DNA of 64,000 bases, taken from positions 20,807-84,806 of the forward strand of contig JAGOSC010000002.1 in the NCBI GenBank assembly GCA_018062515.1. Reading direction: 5' to 3'. A program made the translations under genes and the position numbers. This DNA comes from Candidatus Omnitrophota bacterium. Lineage in GTDB: Bacteria > Omnitrophota > Gorgyraeia > Zapsychrales > Zapsychraceae. Positions 36,981 to 46,861 of the stretch are shown here, in pieces; position 1 is the first letter of the stretch, and every line of letters starts with the position of its first letter. The notes beneath the pieces were generated by a model. That model made no database searches. It had not been told where the DNA came from and worked only from the letters and a program-made list of their open reading frames with translations.

Positions 36981-37334
36981 ATGTTTGAAGAAATCCGAAA
37001 AGATGACCGGCGTTTATTCGACCGATTTTCTGCCCGTTACCCGGCGAAATTCAAGGACGAGCGCGAATCATTCGGAGAAAATGTGCAGTTATGTGACGCA
37101 TCCGCCTTCGGAGCGCAATTTTCCTCAAGAGACAGACTGTTTTTAAATGACAAAATTGCTTTGGAAGTAGAATTGCCGGATGGTTTGGCGCCGATGGATT
37201 TACGCGGCGAAGTGGTTTGGATCAGAAAAAATGCAGCGAATTCTTGGAATATCGGTTTGAAATTTTATCAAGTTGAGCTTCTTCGAATGGCCCGCCTCTA
37301 TAAATTCCAATCCCAAACATTATCTTCATCATAA
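36981..37334 (+). CDS. single-domain PilZ protein
   Basis: RKDDRRLFDR and DASAFGAQF motifs; 117 aa, tandem with the previous gene. Confidence 0.55.
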   Translation: MFEEIRKDDRRLFDRFSARYPAKFKDERESFGENVQLCDASAFGAQFSSRDRLFLNDKIALEVELPDGLAPMDLRGEVVWIRKNAANSWNIGLKFYQVELLRMARLYKFQSQTLSSS

Positions 37335-37438
37335 ATTAATCAATATATTTATTTAATCTTGACCGGGCTTGATTGTCCGTGATAAACTTTCAAAGTTTAA
37401 CTCAAGCTGAAAACACAATTATATTAATAACTTAACAC

Positions 37439-40135
37439 ATGTCCCATCCTTTGTACCGCTATAATGATGACCAGATTTCGTTTAAATCTGACAAAGCCGG
37501 TTTCAACCGTACGATGTATTTTCCCTTGTGCGGCCCGACATCTAATCACCTAAAATCTTCCATAACTGCCTATTTATCAGGCGATATTAAGCTCGATAAA
37601 AACCGCTATTTAACCAAACCTGTTTCCACGGAAGACTTGCGTCAGCCTCTACGTAATGTTTATCTTCAAATCGACAAAAACATTTTTAGTTTAGCTAATC
37701 CTCAGGATGATCCAAAGACCATTAACGTTGAGGCCGGCCCATTGTGGCATAAAGTCGTTAAACTTGATCCTCAATCTGAAATTGCTATTGAAGCTTTAAA
37801 TTTTATGCCTGTCAGCGGCGAGAATGCGGAATTAATGCGTGTGACAATCACAAATCATTCTTCTATCGTTAAAACAATGACGCCAACGGTCGCAATACCT
37901 TTATTTGCCCGCGCCTTGGAAAATAAACATGATCATGAACATGTGACGAGTTTACTTAACCGTATAAAACAAACCGAACATGGCGTTATGGTTTCTCCGA
38001 CGATGAAATTTGATGAACAAGGTCATAAGCCCAACAAAGACGTCTATTTTGTTTTTGGCATTGAAGATAATGGCCAGCGTATCAAAGGTTCTTTTCCGAC
38101 GGTAGAAACATTTTGTGGTTTGGTGGGCGATTTTAATCAGCCCGACGCTGTAATCACAAATAAAGAACCGGAAGATCTGCATGGGGATGATTTGCAAGGC
38201 CAAGAAGCGGTCGGCGCGCTGCGGTTTTACGATCTCACCTTAAATCCGAAAGAATCCAAAACGTATTTTATCGTGATTGGAATCGCCGGGAATGAAAAAC
38301 AAGCTGAAGAGGTATTTAATCGTTTTAAATTTAGTGAACAATTCAATCATGCGTTTACAGAAAATAATGCATTTTGGCTGAAAAAAACGGATTCCATCAT
38401 TGTCGACACACAGAATAAAGATTTTAACGCATGGATGCGTTGGGTCACCATTCAGCCGGTATTAAGAAGAATTTTCGGTTGTTCATTTCTTCCGGATCAT
38501 GATTACGGAAAAGGCGGAAAAGGCTGGCGCGATATTTGGCAGGATTTATTATCTTTAATTCTCATCGAACCGGAACAAGTGAAAGAGGCTTTACTGAATA
38601 ATTTTGCCGGTATTCGCATGGACGGCTCTAATGCGACGATCATTGGTTCGAATCCCGGAGAATTTATCGCTGATCGGAATGCCATATCCCGAGTGTGGAT
38701 GGATCATGGTGTTTGGCCGCTCATGACCTTGTTTCTTTATATTCATCAAACCGGTGATTTTGACATTTTATTGGCCGATAATACGTATTTTAAAGATCGG
38801 CAATTATCGAGAAATTATCGACGGGACAGTGCGGAATCCATTGATGAGGGCAATAAGTTAAAAGACATTCATAATAAAATTTATAAGGGAACGATTATTG
38901 AGCATCTTTTGGTTCAGCATCTTGTTCAGTTTTTTAATGTCGGTGAACACAATATTATTCGTCTGGAAAATGCCGATTGGAATGACGGTTTGGATATGGC
39001 CTTTCAGCGTGGAGAAAGTGTCGCGTTTACGTGTCAGTATGCGGGAAACATGTTTCAGTTGGCAACGATGCTGGAACAATTATCGACGAGATTACAGGTG
39101 CAGGAATTATCTTTAGCCAAAGAGCTAGCGATATTAATGGATACGATCAATCAACCGATTGATTATTCCAAGGTTCAAGCCAAAAAGACATTACTGTTTG
39201 ATCAATATTTTAAATCCGTCGAACCGAAACTTTCCGGAGAGAAAATCAGTCTTAACATACAAGACATTGTCAGTGATTTGCGTAAAAAAGGCCAATGGAT
39301 TTTTGATCATATCCGTCGGCAAGAGAAGATAACGGTTTCCAATCAAACTTGGTTTAATGGGTACTACGATAATAATGGGAAGCAAGTAGAAGGCCAAATC
39401 GGAAAAACGATTCGGATGACTTTGACCGGACAAGTCTTCGCGGTCATGAGCGGTTTGGCTCAAAAAGATGAAATCAAACAAGTGATCGCGGCGGCGGAAC
39501 AGTTTCTTAAAGATGAAAAGCTCGGCGGATATCGTCTCAATTCCGATTTTAAAGTTCCTCATTATCTTGAATTAGGCCGGGCATTCGGTTTTGCTTTTGG
39601 AACCAAAGAAAACGGCGCTTTTTTCAGTCACATGATTGTGATGTACGCGTTTGCTTTATATAAACAAGGTTTTGCCCGGGAAGGCTATGGGATTTTGCAA
39701 TCCATTTTCAAAATGGCGATGGACACGGACAAAAGCTGGATTTATCCCGGAATTCCTGAATATTTTGATTCCCATGGCCGGGGAAAATATCATTATTTAA
39801 CCGGATCGGCGAGTTGGCTGGTCTTAACTGTTTTAAATCAAATGTTTGGTATAGCCGGATATAATGGTCAGCTCATGTTAGCTCCGAAATTAGTCAAAGA
39901 ACAATTTGGTTCGGATGGAAAAGTCTCGATTCAATGTTATTTTGCCGGAAAGAGATTAAATATTACTTATATAAATTTAACTTTAAAGGATTATGGTCAA
40001 TACAAAGTCAAAGAAGTTGAATTCAATGGCCGTCCATTAACGTCCGTCCAGAATGAATTATCAGAATTTCTTCTCGAGCGTTCGTGGATTGAGAAATCGG
40101 CGGATGAAATAAATCTGGCGGTTAAATTAGGTTAA
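37439..40135 (+). CDS. large glycoside hydrolase / glycoside phosphorylase-like enzyme ((alpha/alpha)6-barrel type, GH94/GH15-like; family uncertain)
   Basis: 898 aa, cytoplasmic (no signal peptide). Segments such as WNDGLDMA and a long helical-repeat region are reminiscent of glucoamylase-like or cellobiose-phosphorylase-like catalytic domains (memory-based only). It heads a sugar ABC-transporter operon. Confidence 0.35.
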   Translation: MSHPLYRYNDDQISFKSDKAGFNRTMYFPLCGPTSNHLKSSITAYLSGDIKLDKNRYLTKPVSTEDLRQPLRNVYLQIDKNIFSLANPQDDPKTINVEAGPLWHKVVKLDPQSEIAIEALNFMPVSGENAELMRVTITNHSSIVKTMTPTVAIPLFARALENKHDHEHVTSLLNRIKQTEHGVMVSPTMKFDEQGHKPNKDVYFVFGIEDNGQRIKGSFPTVETFCGLVGDFNQPDAVITNKEPEDLHGDDLQGQEAVGALRFYDLTLNPKESKTYFIVIGIAGNEKQAEEVFNRFKFSEQFNHAFTENNAFWLKKTDSIIVDTQNKDFNAWMRWVTIQPVLRRIFGCSFLPDHDYGKGGKGWRDIWQDLLSLILIEPEQVKEALLNNFAGIRMDGSNATIIGSNPGEFIADRNAISRVWMDHGVWPLMTLFLYIHQTGDFDILLADNTYFKDRQLSRNYRRDSAESIDEGNKLKDIHNKIYKGTIIEHLLVQHLVQFFNVGEHNIIRLENADWNDGLDMAFQRGESVAFTCQYAGNMFQLATMLEQLSTRLQVQELSLAKELAILMDTINQPIDYSKVQAKKTLLFDQYFKSVEPKLSGEKISLNIQDIVSDLRKKGQWIFDHIRRQEKITVSNQTWFNGYYDNNGKQVEGQIGKTIRMTLTGQVFAVMSGLAQKDEIKQVIAAAEQFLKDEKLGGYRLNSDFKVPHYLELGRAFGFAFGTKENGAFFSHMIVMYAFALYKQGFAREGYGILQSIFKMAMDTDKSWIYPGIPEYFDSHGRGKYHYLTGSASWLVLTVLNQMFGIAGYNGQLMLAPKLVKEQFGSDGKVSIQCYFAGKRLNITYINLTLKDYGQYKVKEVEFNGRPLTSVQNELSEFLLERSWIEKSADEINLAVKLG

Positions 40136-40252
40136 GTAAATTATCCACACCCTACAGCTGGAATATAATTTACTTAATTAAAGGTTTTTGACATTTAATA
40201 TTGAGCGTGATATACTCCTAACTTCAACATTTTCAATATCCTTGGAGCTTAC

Positions 40253-41560
40253 ATGAAAAAACTATCTATTGCGATTCTGCTCATTGTTATGGCAGCCTTT
40301 GGTGTACAAATCATGGGCTGTGCAAAAGTTGAAGATACCAGCAACAAAATTGTTTTATGGCATTGGATGACCGACCGGGATAAAGCCTTTCAAACATTAG
40401 CTGCGAAATATGAACAGTTAACCGGTGTAAAAGTACAAATCCAATTATTCGCCCCGCCAGATACCTATTCCCAAAGAATCACCGCCTCCGCACAAGCCAA
40501 TACCCTTCCTGATATATTCGGAATTCTCGACAAAAAAGAAATTTTTGCGGACTTTATCAAATATAATTTTGTGGCCAACCTAACGGAAGAATTTAATAAA
40601 AATAACAGTGAATGGGAAGCATCGATTTTCCCCAAGGCTTTAGATGTGAACCGTTTTACCGCGGATAATATTTACGGCGTGGAACCCGGAATTTATGGTG
40701 TTCCTATTGATGTCACCAATATACAAATGCTTTACAATAAAAAACTTTTGCAAAAAGCCGGTATCAAGCAACCGCCGCAAACATTCGATGAATTTCTTGA
40801 AGCCATTGATGCTTTAAAACGAGTCGGTGTTCCCGGATTAGTTTCGGGTTGGGGAGAAATTTGGATGACCGACGCTTTTGCCTCCAATTATGCGTTTAAT
40901 ATTATGGGTGAAGAAAAAGTCATGGCGACGTACCGTGGTGATGTTCCATACACGGATAAAGATTGGATCAAAGTTTTAAGCATTTTTAGAACATTGAGTA
41001 AAAAAGGTGCTTTTATTGAAGGGATTGTGACCAAACCGAATAAAGAAGCTGAACAGGATTTTGCCCTTGAGCGGGCAGCTTTTGCTTATAACGGTTCGTG
41101 GTGTGTCAATGTTTATAGCGGGATGAATCCGGATTTGGAATATAGCGCCATGCTTCCTCCGTCGATTAATTCGAAATCACCGATGAAAATTTGGGGAGGC
41201 GCCGGATCTTCTTTTGTCGTTAACAATAATTCGAAAAACAAAGATAAGGCCATTGCCTTTTTGAAATGGCTCTCTGCGGAAGAACAACAAACTTATCTGG
41301 CCACAGAAACTAAGAATCTTCCATCAAATCAAAAAGCCTTAGCGTCCATTCCTGAAATACTTTCTGATTTCGCCAAGGTCATGGAAAATACCACTCATCC
41401 GACGATATGGAAATATAATGAATTGCCGGCGGTGACCGAAGCGTTTGATAAAGGTATTCAATCTATTATTATCGGTGAAAAAACTCCGGAAGATGTAGCT
41501 AAGGAAGTTCAGCAAGTCAAAACTCGTGAAATGGAAAAAGCGGCCAAGAAAGCTAAATAA
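40253..41560 (+). CDS. sugar ABC transporter substrate-binding lipoprotein (solute-binding family 1)
   Basis: Lipobox IMGC and a family-1 SBP pattern; 435 aa. Confidence 0.75.
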   Translation: MKKLSIAILLIVMAAFGVQIMGCAKVEDTSNKIVLWHWMTDRDKAFQTLAAKYEQLTGVKVQIQLFAPPDTYSQRITASAQANTLPDIFGILDKKEIFADFIKYNFVANLTEEFNKNNSEWEASIFPKALDVNRFTADNIYGVEPGIYGVPIDVTNIQMLYNKKLLQKAGIKQPPQTFDEFLEAIDALKRVGVPGLVSGWGEIWMTDAFASNYAFNIMGEEKVMATYRGDVPYTDKDWIKVLSIFRTLSKKGAFIEGIVTKPNKEAEQDFALERAAFAYNGSWCVNVYSGMNPDLEYSAMLPPSINSKSPMKIWGGAGSSFVVNNNSKNKDKAIAFLKWLSAEEQQTYLATETKNLPSNQKALASIPEILSDFAKVMENTTHPTIWKYNELPAVTEAFDKGIQSIIIGEKTPEDVAKEVQQVKTREMEKAAKKAK

Positions 41561-41564
41561 AATT

Positions 41565-42491
41565 ATGGCTCAATCAGCGACGGTCAAGACAATCAATTAC
41601 GAAAAATTAAAAAACACCTCTGAGAATTATATTTTTATTATTCCCGCCGTTATTATTTTTTCCATTTTTTATATTTATCCATTTATTGATATTATTATCC
41701 TTTCTTTACATGAATGGAAAGGAATAGGCCCAAAGACGTTTGTCGGTCTACAGAATTTTAAAGAACTCATAGGCGACAAAATCTGGTGGAAGTCCATTTG
41801 GAATGCCACCTACATCACTTTGTGGGCTCTGACATTTCAGAATGTTTTGGCTTTTATGCTCGCCTTGGCATGCGACCGTGAAATTCGTTTTAAGAAATTT
41901 TATCGTGTTGTTTTTTTTATTCCGCCAGTATTGTCGCAAGTCGTCGTCGGACTCATTTGGCGATGGATTCTATATTCAGGAACTCAAAATGGGCAAGAAA
42001 TTGGTCTGTTGAATTATTTTCTCGATTATGTCGGGTTGAATCATTTAGTGAATAATTGGTTGTCTAATCCAGAGACTGCTTTGACCTCTATTGCGATTGT
42101 GCATTGTTGGCAAGGATTTGGTTGGGGCTTTATTATGCTTTTGGCCGGACTGCAGACAATTGACAAGCAGTTATACGAATCAGCTAAGGTCGACGGGGCT
42201 GATAATTGGTCGACGTTTTGGAATGTCACTATTCCGATGATGGTTCCGGTTATCTTGGTGGTGGTGATTTTGACGGTTTTAGGAGCGATGCAGGCTTTCA
42301 TTTTGGTTTTATCCATGGTCAGTCAAGGGCTCGTGTATCACACGGAAGTTCCGGTGACGCGTATTTTGGCGGCCATGCAGGGGACAAAACAATTTGGTTA
42401 TGCCTGTGCTATGGGTATTAATTTTGCGATGATATTGATTTCCGTATCCGCGGTCATGAAATTAATTTCAAATAAGGCGCAACAAGCGTAA
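41565..42491 (+). CDS. sugar ABC transporter permease (MalF/UgpA-like)
   Basis: 6 transmembrane segments and the EAA-like loop (ESAKVDGADNWSTFWNVTIP). Start taken at the ATG just after the SBP stop. Confidence 0.75.
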   Translation: MAQSATVKTINYEKLKNTSENYIFIIPAVIIFSIFYIYPFIDIIILSLHEWKGIGPKTFVGLQNFKELIGDKIWWKSIWNATYITLWALTFQNVLAFMLALACDREIRFKKFYRVVFFIPPVLSQVVVGLIWRWILYSGTQNGQEIGLLNYFLDYVGLNHLVNNWLSNPETALTSIAIVHCWQGFGWGFIMLLAGLQTIDKQLYESAKVDGADNWSTFWNVTIPMMVPVILVVVILTVLGAMQAFILVLSMVSQGLVYHTEVPVTRILAAMQGTKQFGYACAMGINFAMILISVSAVMKLISNKAQQA

Positions 42492-42499
42492 ATTAAGCG

Positions 42500-43348
42500 A
42501 TGGAAAAAATAAATTTACATTTACTCAAAAGATCGTCGAAATACTTCTGTCTACATTTGTTTTTGATCGTCGTTGCTTTGACATGTTTGTTTCCTCTATT
42601 CTGGATGATTCGTTGTTCATTGATGGATAATCAGACGGTCTTTACTGATAAAGGCATCATTCCGCAGGTCATTAATTTCGGAAATTACCCAGATGCTTGG
42701 ATACAGGGAAATTTCGGAACGTATTTTTTAAATAGTTTGATTTATACAACCTGCGTTGTTTTTGGTATTGTTCTTATTTCTTCACTCGCCGCCTTTGCTT
42801 TTTCACGATTAAAATTCCCCGGAAGAAAATTTTTTTATTATATGTTTGTCATCGCTATGATGATCCCATTGCCCGGAAGTTTCGTTCCACTGTTTGTTCT
42901 TATGAACAAATTACATTTGGCTAATACCAAAATCGGCTATATCCTTTGTATGGTCAACGTGGGATTGTCGCTCAGCATCATTCTCTTAAAAACGTTTTTT
43001 GATAAAATGCCGTCGGACTTAGAAGATGCCGCCCGTATCGACGGATGTAATAAATGGCAAATTTGGTGGAATGTCGCTTTGCCGCTCGCTCGGCCTGCCG
43101 TCGCTGTCATTGTCATTTTTAATTCATTGAATGTTTGGAATGAATTTATTTTAGCCCAACTTTTGTTGAGTGATACAAAACATATGCCTCTTCAGAAAGG
43201 ATTGATGGAGTTTGCCGGCGTGCATAATACGAATTATCCGCTTTTGATGGCGGGTTTGACCATCGCCGCTGTTCCAATCATTCTTTTGTATTTGGCTATG
43301 CAAAAACATATTATTAAAGGACTATCTTCAGGAGCTGTGGTCGGATGA
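42500..43348 (+). CDS. sugar ABC transporter permease (MalG/UgpE-like)
   Basis: EAA loop DAARIDGCNKWQIWWNVALP; 282 aa. Confidence 0.75.
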   Translation: MEKINLHLLKRSSKYFCLHLFLIVVALTCLFPLFWMIRCSLMDNQTVFTDKGIIPQVINFGNYPDAWIQGNFGTYFLNSLIYTTCVVFGIVLISSLAAFAFSRLKFPGRKFFYYMFVIAMMIPLPGSFVPLFVLMNKLHLANTKIGYILCMVNVGLSLSIILLKTFFDKMPSDLEDAARIDGCNKWQIWWNVALPLARPAVAVIVIFNSLNVWNEFILAQLLLSDTKHMPLQKGLMEFAGVHNTNYPLLMAGLTIAAVPIILLYLAMQKHIIKGLSSGAVVG

Positions 43349-45675
43349 TCTCAAAATTTAAAAAATATTCCTCAATTTTTCAATATTCAGTTATTTTTTT
43401 ATGTTTAACGATGGATTGTCCGGTGTATGCACAAGACAATCCAGTTGATGTGACAGATAAGATCGTTAATGAATCTTGGGCCGCATCCAGTCAGCGTCAA
43501 GAGGAAAAGGTTAATGAGCTCGTCGGACAATGTGTTGAACGTTATCAGGAACAGGCTAAGGTACTACAAAATAGTTTAACAGCCTTCCCTAATATGACCG
43601 AAGCCAGAAAATATCAGCCGTTAAATGATATTGGTACGTGTCTTTTCATTCAAGCTGAGTATGTGATGAATTCCGGAAAAAAAGAAGAAGCGATCACCAA
43701 ATTCCAGTCGATTATTGACAATTACAGTTGGGCTCAATCATGGGATCCGAGAACCGGCGCGTTTTGGTCTATCGCCGAGAAAAGTCGTCAAAGTATTGAT
43801 GCGATGTTAGGAAAAGAAGATGTTGAAGTTGATGAAACTAAAGATGTGCTTAGAACGGTTCCGGTTTTGTTCACGAAGGGAACCGAAGACGTCGTCGATT
43901 ATACAAAATATGGACAATTTATGAATGTCGGTACTGAAAATTATATTTATCGCATGACCGATATTGAAGGCTTAAAGAAAGCGGTCGGTGAAGGGATTTA
44001 TCCAAACATCGGTGATATTTACAAAAATCCTGGTTATAAAAAAGCCAAGGCGGAAGGCCGTTTAAACGGCAGTCACTGGGATTTTGTCAATCAGGAAGAT
44101 TTAGAAGCTGCCTATTATAAATGGTTCATCGCGCCGGAACCTTGGGGCGTTCGATTGTTTTATTTAGGTTTTATTTTTGAAAGAGCGGGCATGTACGATG
44201 AGGCGCTCAAGGCTTATCAAGCTTTGGTTGTTCATTACCCAAAAACAATCGGGTACACGTATTGGCAAACACCTTGGTACCCTGGTCAAGCGGCCATTGC
44301 TAAAATCCGGCATATTTTGCGGACTCATCCGGAATTAAATTTGGAAGATGACGGCATGAGGATCATCGTCAAAAAAGGTTTTGATAATGATATTAAGAAC
44401 GATAAGATCATTACCTCGCCGGGAAAAATTTTCAAGAGAAAGACCGGTGCTAAGGCTGATAAACTGTATGCCAAAAGTAAACGAGTTAAATTGGATAAGA
44501 TCGTCGAGACCAAAGGCGATGGAATTGTTCAGTTAGTCAAATTTGATAATGGGCATTGGCAGTTAAGGGTCAATGGAAAGCCATACATAATTAAAGGGAT
44601 TACTTATGATCCGACCAAAATCGGACAATCTCCCGATAAAGGAACGCTTCAGAACTGGATGGAAGAAGATACGAACGGCAACGGCCTTGCCGACGGGCCA
44701 TTTGAGGCTTATGTGGACGCGAATCATAATAATAAGAGAGACGGAAAAGAAAAAGTCGTCGGTGATTTTAAAATCATGAAGGATATGGGCGTAAATACGA
44801 TCCGTTTCTATCACATTCCGACGACGCCGAATAAGGAAGTCCTTCGCAAGCTTTACAAGGATTATGGAATCAGAGTTATTCTCGGTGATTTTCTTGGGAA
44901 ATATGCGATTGGTTCCGGAGCGACATGGGTCGAAGGGACCGATTATGAAAATGAAGAGCATAAGAAAAATATGTTAGAGAAAGTTAAGCAAATGGTCATG
45001 GAACATAAAGATGAACCTTATGTTCTTATGTGGTTATTAGGAAATGAAAATAATTATGGGGTAGCATGCAACGCGGATAAAAAACCAGCAGCATATTTTC
45101 GTTTTGCTGATGAAGTGGCCCAATGGATTAAATCCGTCGACAAAAATCATCCCATCGCTCTCGGAAATGGGGACACTTTATTTTTAGATATTTTTGCTGA
45201 GAATACACCCAACATTGATATATTTGCCGGCAATGTGTATCGCGGAGATTATGGATTTGGATCACTTTGGGAACAAGTATCCGATGCGACTAATAATTCT
45301 AAGCCAGCTTTTATTACAGAATATGGGGCTCCTTCTTTTGCCAAACATTTGAATACCGAACAGGCGGAAAAAGCACAAGCGGATTATCATTTGGGAAATT
45401 GGCAGGACATTTATGAAAATTCCGCCGGTCAAGCTAGGGGTGTAGGAAATTCCATCGGCGGCGTTGCTTTTGAATATTTAGATGAATGGTGGAAAAATTA
45501 TGAACCATTCCGGCATGATAAAAAATCAGACGCTGTAGGGCCATTCCCGGGGGGATATTATTACGAAGAATGGTTTGGATTGGTGGGACAAGGCAATGGA
45601 CAAGACAGCCCATTTTTACGTCAACCACGTAAAAGTTATTATCTTTATAAAGAATTATGGAGTAAGGATAAATAG
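43345..45675 (+). CDS. secreted clan GH-A (TIM-barrel) glycoside hydrolase with an N-terminal ~130-aa domain of unknown function
   Basis: Signal peptide. Acid/base-like LGNENNYG and nucleophile-like ITEYG segments at GH2/GH5-type spacing. The N-terminal domain is shared with the next gene. Confidence 0.5.
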   Translation: MISKFKKYSSIFQYSVIFLCLTMDCPVYAQDNPVDVTDKIVNESWAASSQRQEEKVNELVGQCVERYQEQAKVLQNSLTAFPNMTEARKYQPLNDIGTCLFIQAEYVMNSGKKEEAITKFQSIIDNYSWAQSWDPRTGAFWSIAEKSRQSIDAMLGKEDVEVDETKDVLRTVPVLFTKGTEDVVDYTKYGQFMNVGTENYIYRMTDIEGLKKAVGEGIYPNIGDIYKNPGYKKAKAEGRLNGSHWDFVNQEDLEAAYYKWFIAPEPWGVRLFYLGFIFERAGMYDEALKAYQALVVHYPKTIGYTYWQTPWYPGQAAIAKIRHILRTHPELNLEDDGMRIIVKKGFDNDIKNDKIITSPGKIFKRKTGAKADKLYAKSKRVKLDKIVETKGDGIVQLVKFDNGHWQLRVNGKPYIIKGITYDPTKIGQSPDKGTLQNWMEEDTNGNGLADGPFEAYVDANHNNKRDGKEKVVGDFKIMKDMGVNTIRFYHIPTTPNKEVLRKLYKDYGIRVILGDFLGKYAIGSGATWVEGTDYENEEHKKNMLEKVKQMVMEHKDEPYVLMWLLGNENNYGVACNADKKPAAYFRFADEVAQWIKSVDKNHPIALGNGDTLFLDIFAENTPNIDIFAGNVYRGDYGFGSLWEQVSDATNNSKPAFITEYGAPSFAKHLNTEQAEKAQADYHLGNWQDIYENSAGQARGVGNSIGGVAFEYLDEWWKNYEPFRHDKKSDAVGPFPGGYYYEEWFGLVGQGNGQDSPFLRQPRKSYYLYKELWSKDK

Positions 45676-45741
45676 CATTTCCTTTAAATCATAAATCTAT
45701 GTAGATCAATGATTTGTGATTTTGGGTTGATTTTTGATTCA

Positions 45742-45770
45742 TTGTCAACAAATCATAGATATTGTATACT
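45742..45770 (+). promoter_or_regulatory. candidate promoter TTGTCA-17-TATACT followed by an 8-bp hairpin in the leader
   Basis: 45742-45747 TTGTCA, 17-nt spacer, 45765-45770 TATACT; acttattt/aaataagt hairpin at 45768-45789. Confidence 0.4.
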
Positions 45771-45877
45771 TATTTCACTTCAAATAAGTAGTCTTGGTTA
45801 ATAAAAATAATTTATTTTGCGATATAAATTAAATTTCTTACAACAAAAAGGCAGCAACTATCTCAAGGAGGAATGTA

Positions 45878-46735
45878 ATGAAAAAGTTTGTCTTAATGTT
45901 AACCTTTTTAGCAGCGACGGTGGGAATCATAAATCCGCACCAAGCCGCCGCTTATAATTTCGGGGATTTTCGTTCCGAAACATTAACAACAAAAGCATGG
46001 TTGGCCTTGAAAGAAGGCGATATCGAAGCTGTATTAGCTTATACGAATAAATGTGTTGAGTTATATGGTGAACAAGCTAAAAAAATGCAAAGCAGTGTGC
46101 AAGCTTATCCTACAGGAACGAATGATGAAATTTTTGGTTTTTGGGCATTAAATGATGTTGCCACAGCATTATTCATTCAAGGTGAAGCTTATCGTACAGC
46201 TAAGATGAATGATGAAGCTAAAGCCGCATATAACAAAGTGATCAATGAATATACATTCGGCCAAGCCTGGGATCCTAAAGGTTGGTTCTGGAAACCGGCT
46301 GATGCTTCAAAAGAAAAATTAGCGATGATTGAAAGCGGATCAAACGTTGATTTTGGTGATTACACCTCATCATTCTTGACGACGCAAGCCTGGAAGGCTC
46401 TTAACGATAAAGACGATGCATCTGTTATGACTTATACGGATAAAGTCATTGAATTATACGGCGCCAAGGCGACAGAAATGCAAGGTTCTTTGACAGAATA
46501 TGCATGGGAATCTAAAGATAAAATTTTTAGCTATTGGGCATTAAATGATGTCGGTACTTCATTATTTATCCGAGGCGAAGCTTACAAGAAAGCCGGTAAT
46601 GTTGAGAAAGCCAAGGAAGAATATAAAAAGCTAGTCGATAATTTCTTTTATGCGCAATGTTGGGATCCAAATGGTTGGTTCTGGAAACCCGCCGAAGCCG
46701 CTCAGCAAGCACTCGAAGAATTGAATAATTCTTAA
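45878..46735 (+). CDS. secreted protein made of two tandem copies of the ~130-aa domain also found at the N-terminus of the preceding glycosidase
   Basis: Signal peptide. Two repeats each containing Y(G)EQAK..MQ.S...YP...W.LNDV.T.LFI.GEAY....EAK..Y.K.....Y.Q.WDP.GWFWKPA. Confidence 0.5.
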   Translation: MKKFVLMLTFLAATVGIINPHQAAAYNFGDFRSETLTTKAWLALKEGDIEAVLAYTNKCVELYGEQAKKMQSSVQAYPTGTNDEIFGFWALNDVATALFIQGEAYRTAKMNDEAKAAYNKVINEYTFGQAWDPKGWFWKPADASKEKLAMIESGSNVDFGDYTSSFLTTQAWKALNDKDDASVMTYTDKVIELYGAKATEMQGSLTEYAWESKDKIFSYWALNDVGTSLFIRGEAYKKAGNVEKAKEEYKKLVDNFFYAQCWDPNGWFWKPAEAAQQALEELNNS

Positions 46736-46765
46736 GTTTATTTATAAATAATTCTTTCATTTTTT

Positions 46766-46805
46766 CTTCATCTCGGTACAATGTAAAAATTGTATCGAGA
46801 TGAAG
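46766..46805. repeat. 17-bp near-perfect inverted repeat (hairpin with 6-nt loop, one G-U pair)
   Basis: cttcatctcggtacaat [gtaaaa] attgtatcgagatgaag in the intergenic spacer. Confidence 0.6.
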
Positions 46806-46861
46806 CATTTCATCAAATCCGATCTTAATCAATCCAATATTTTAGAAAGGCTTACCCAACC

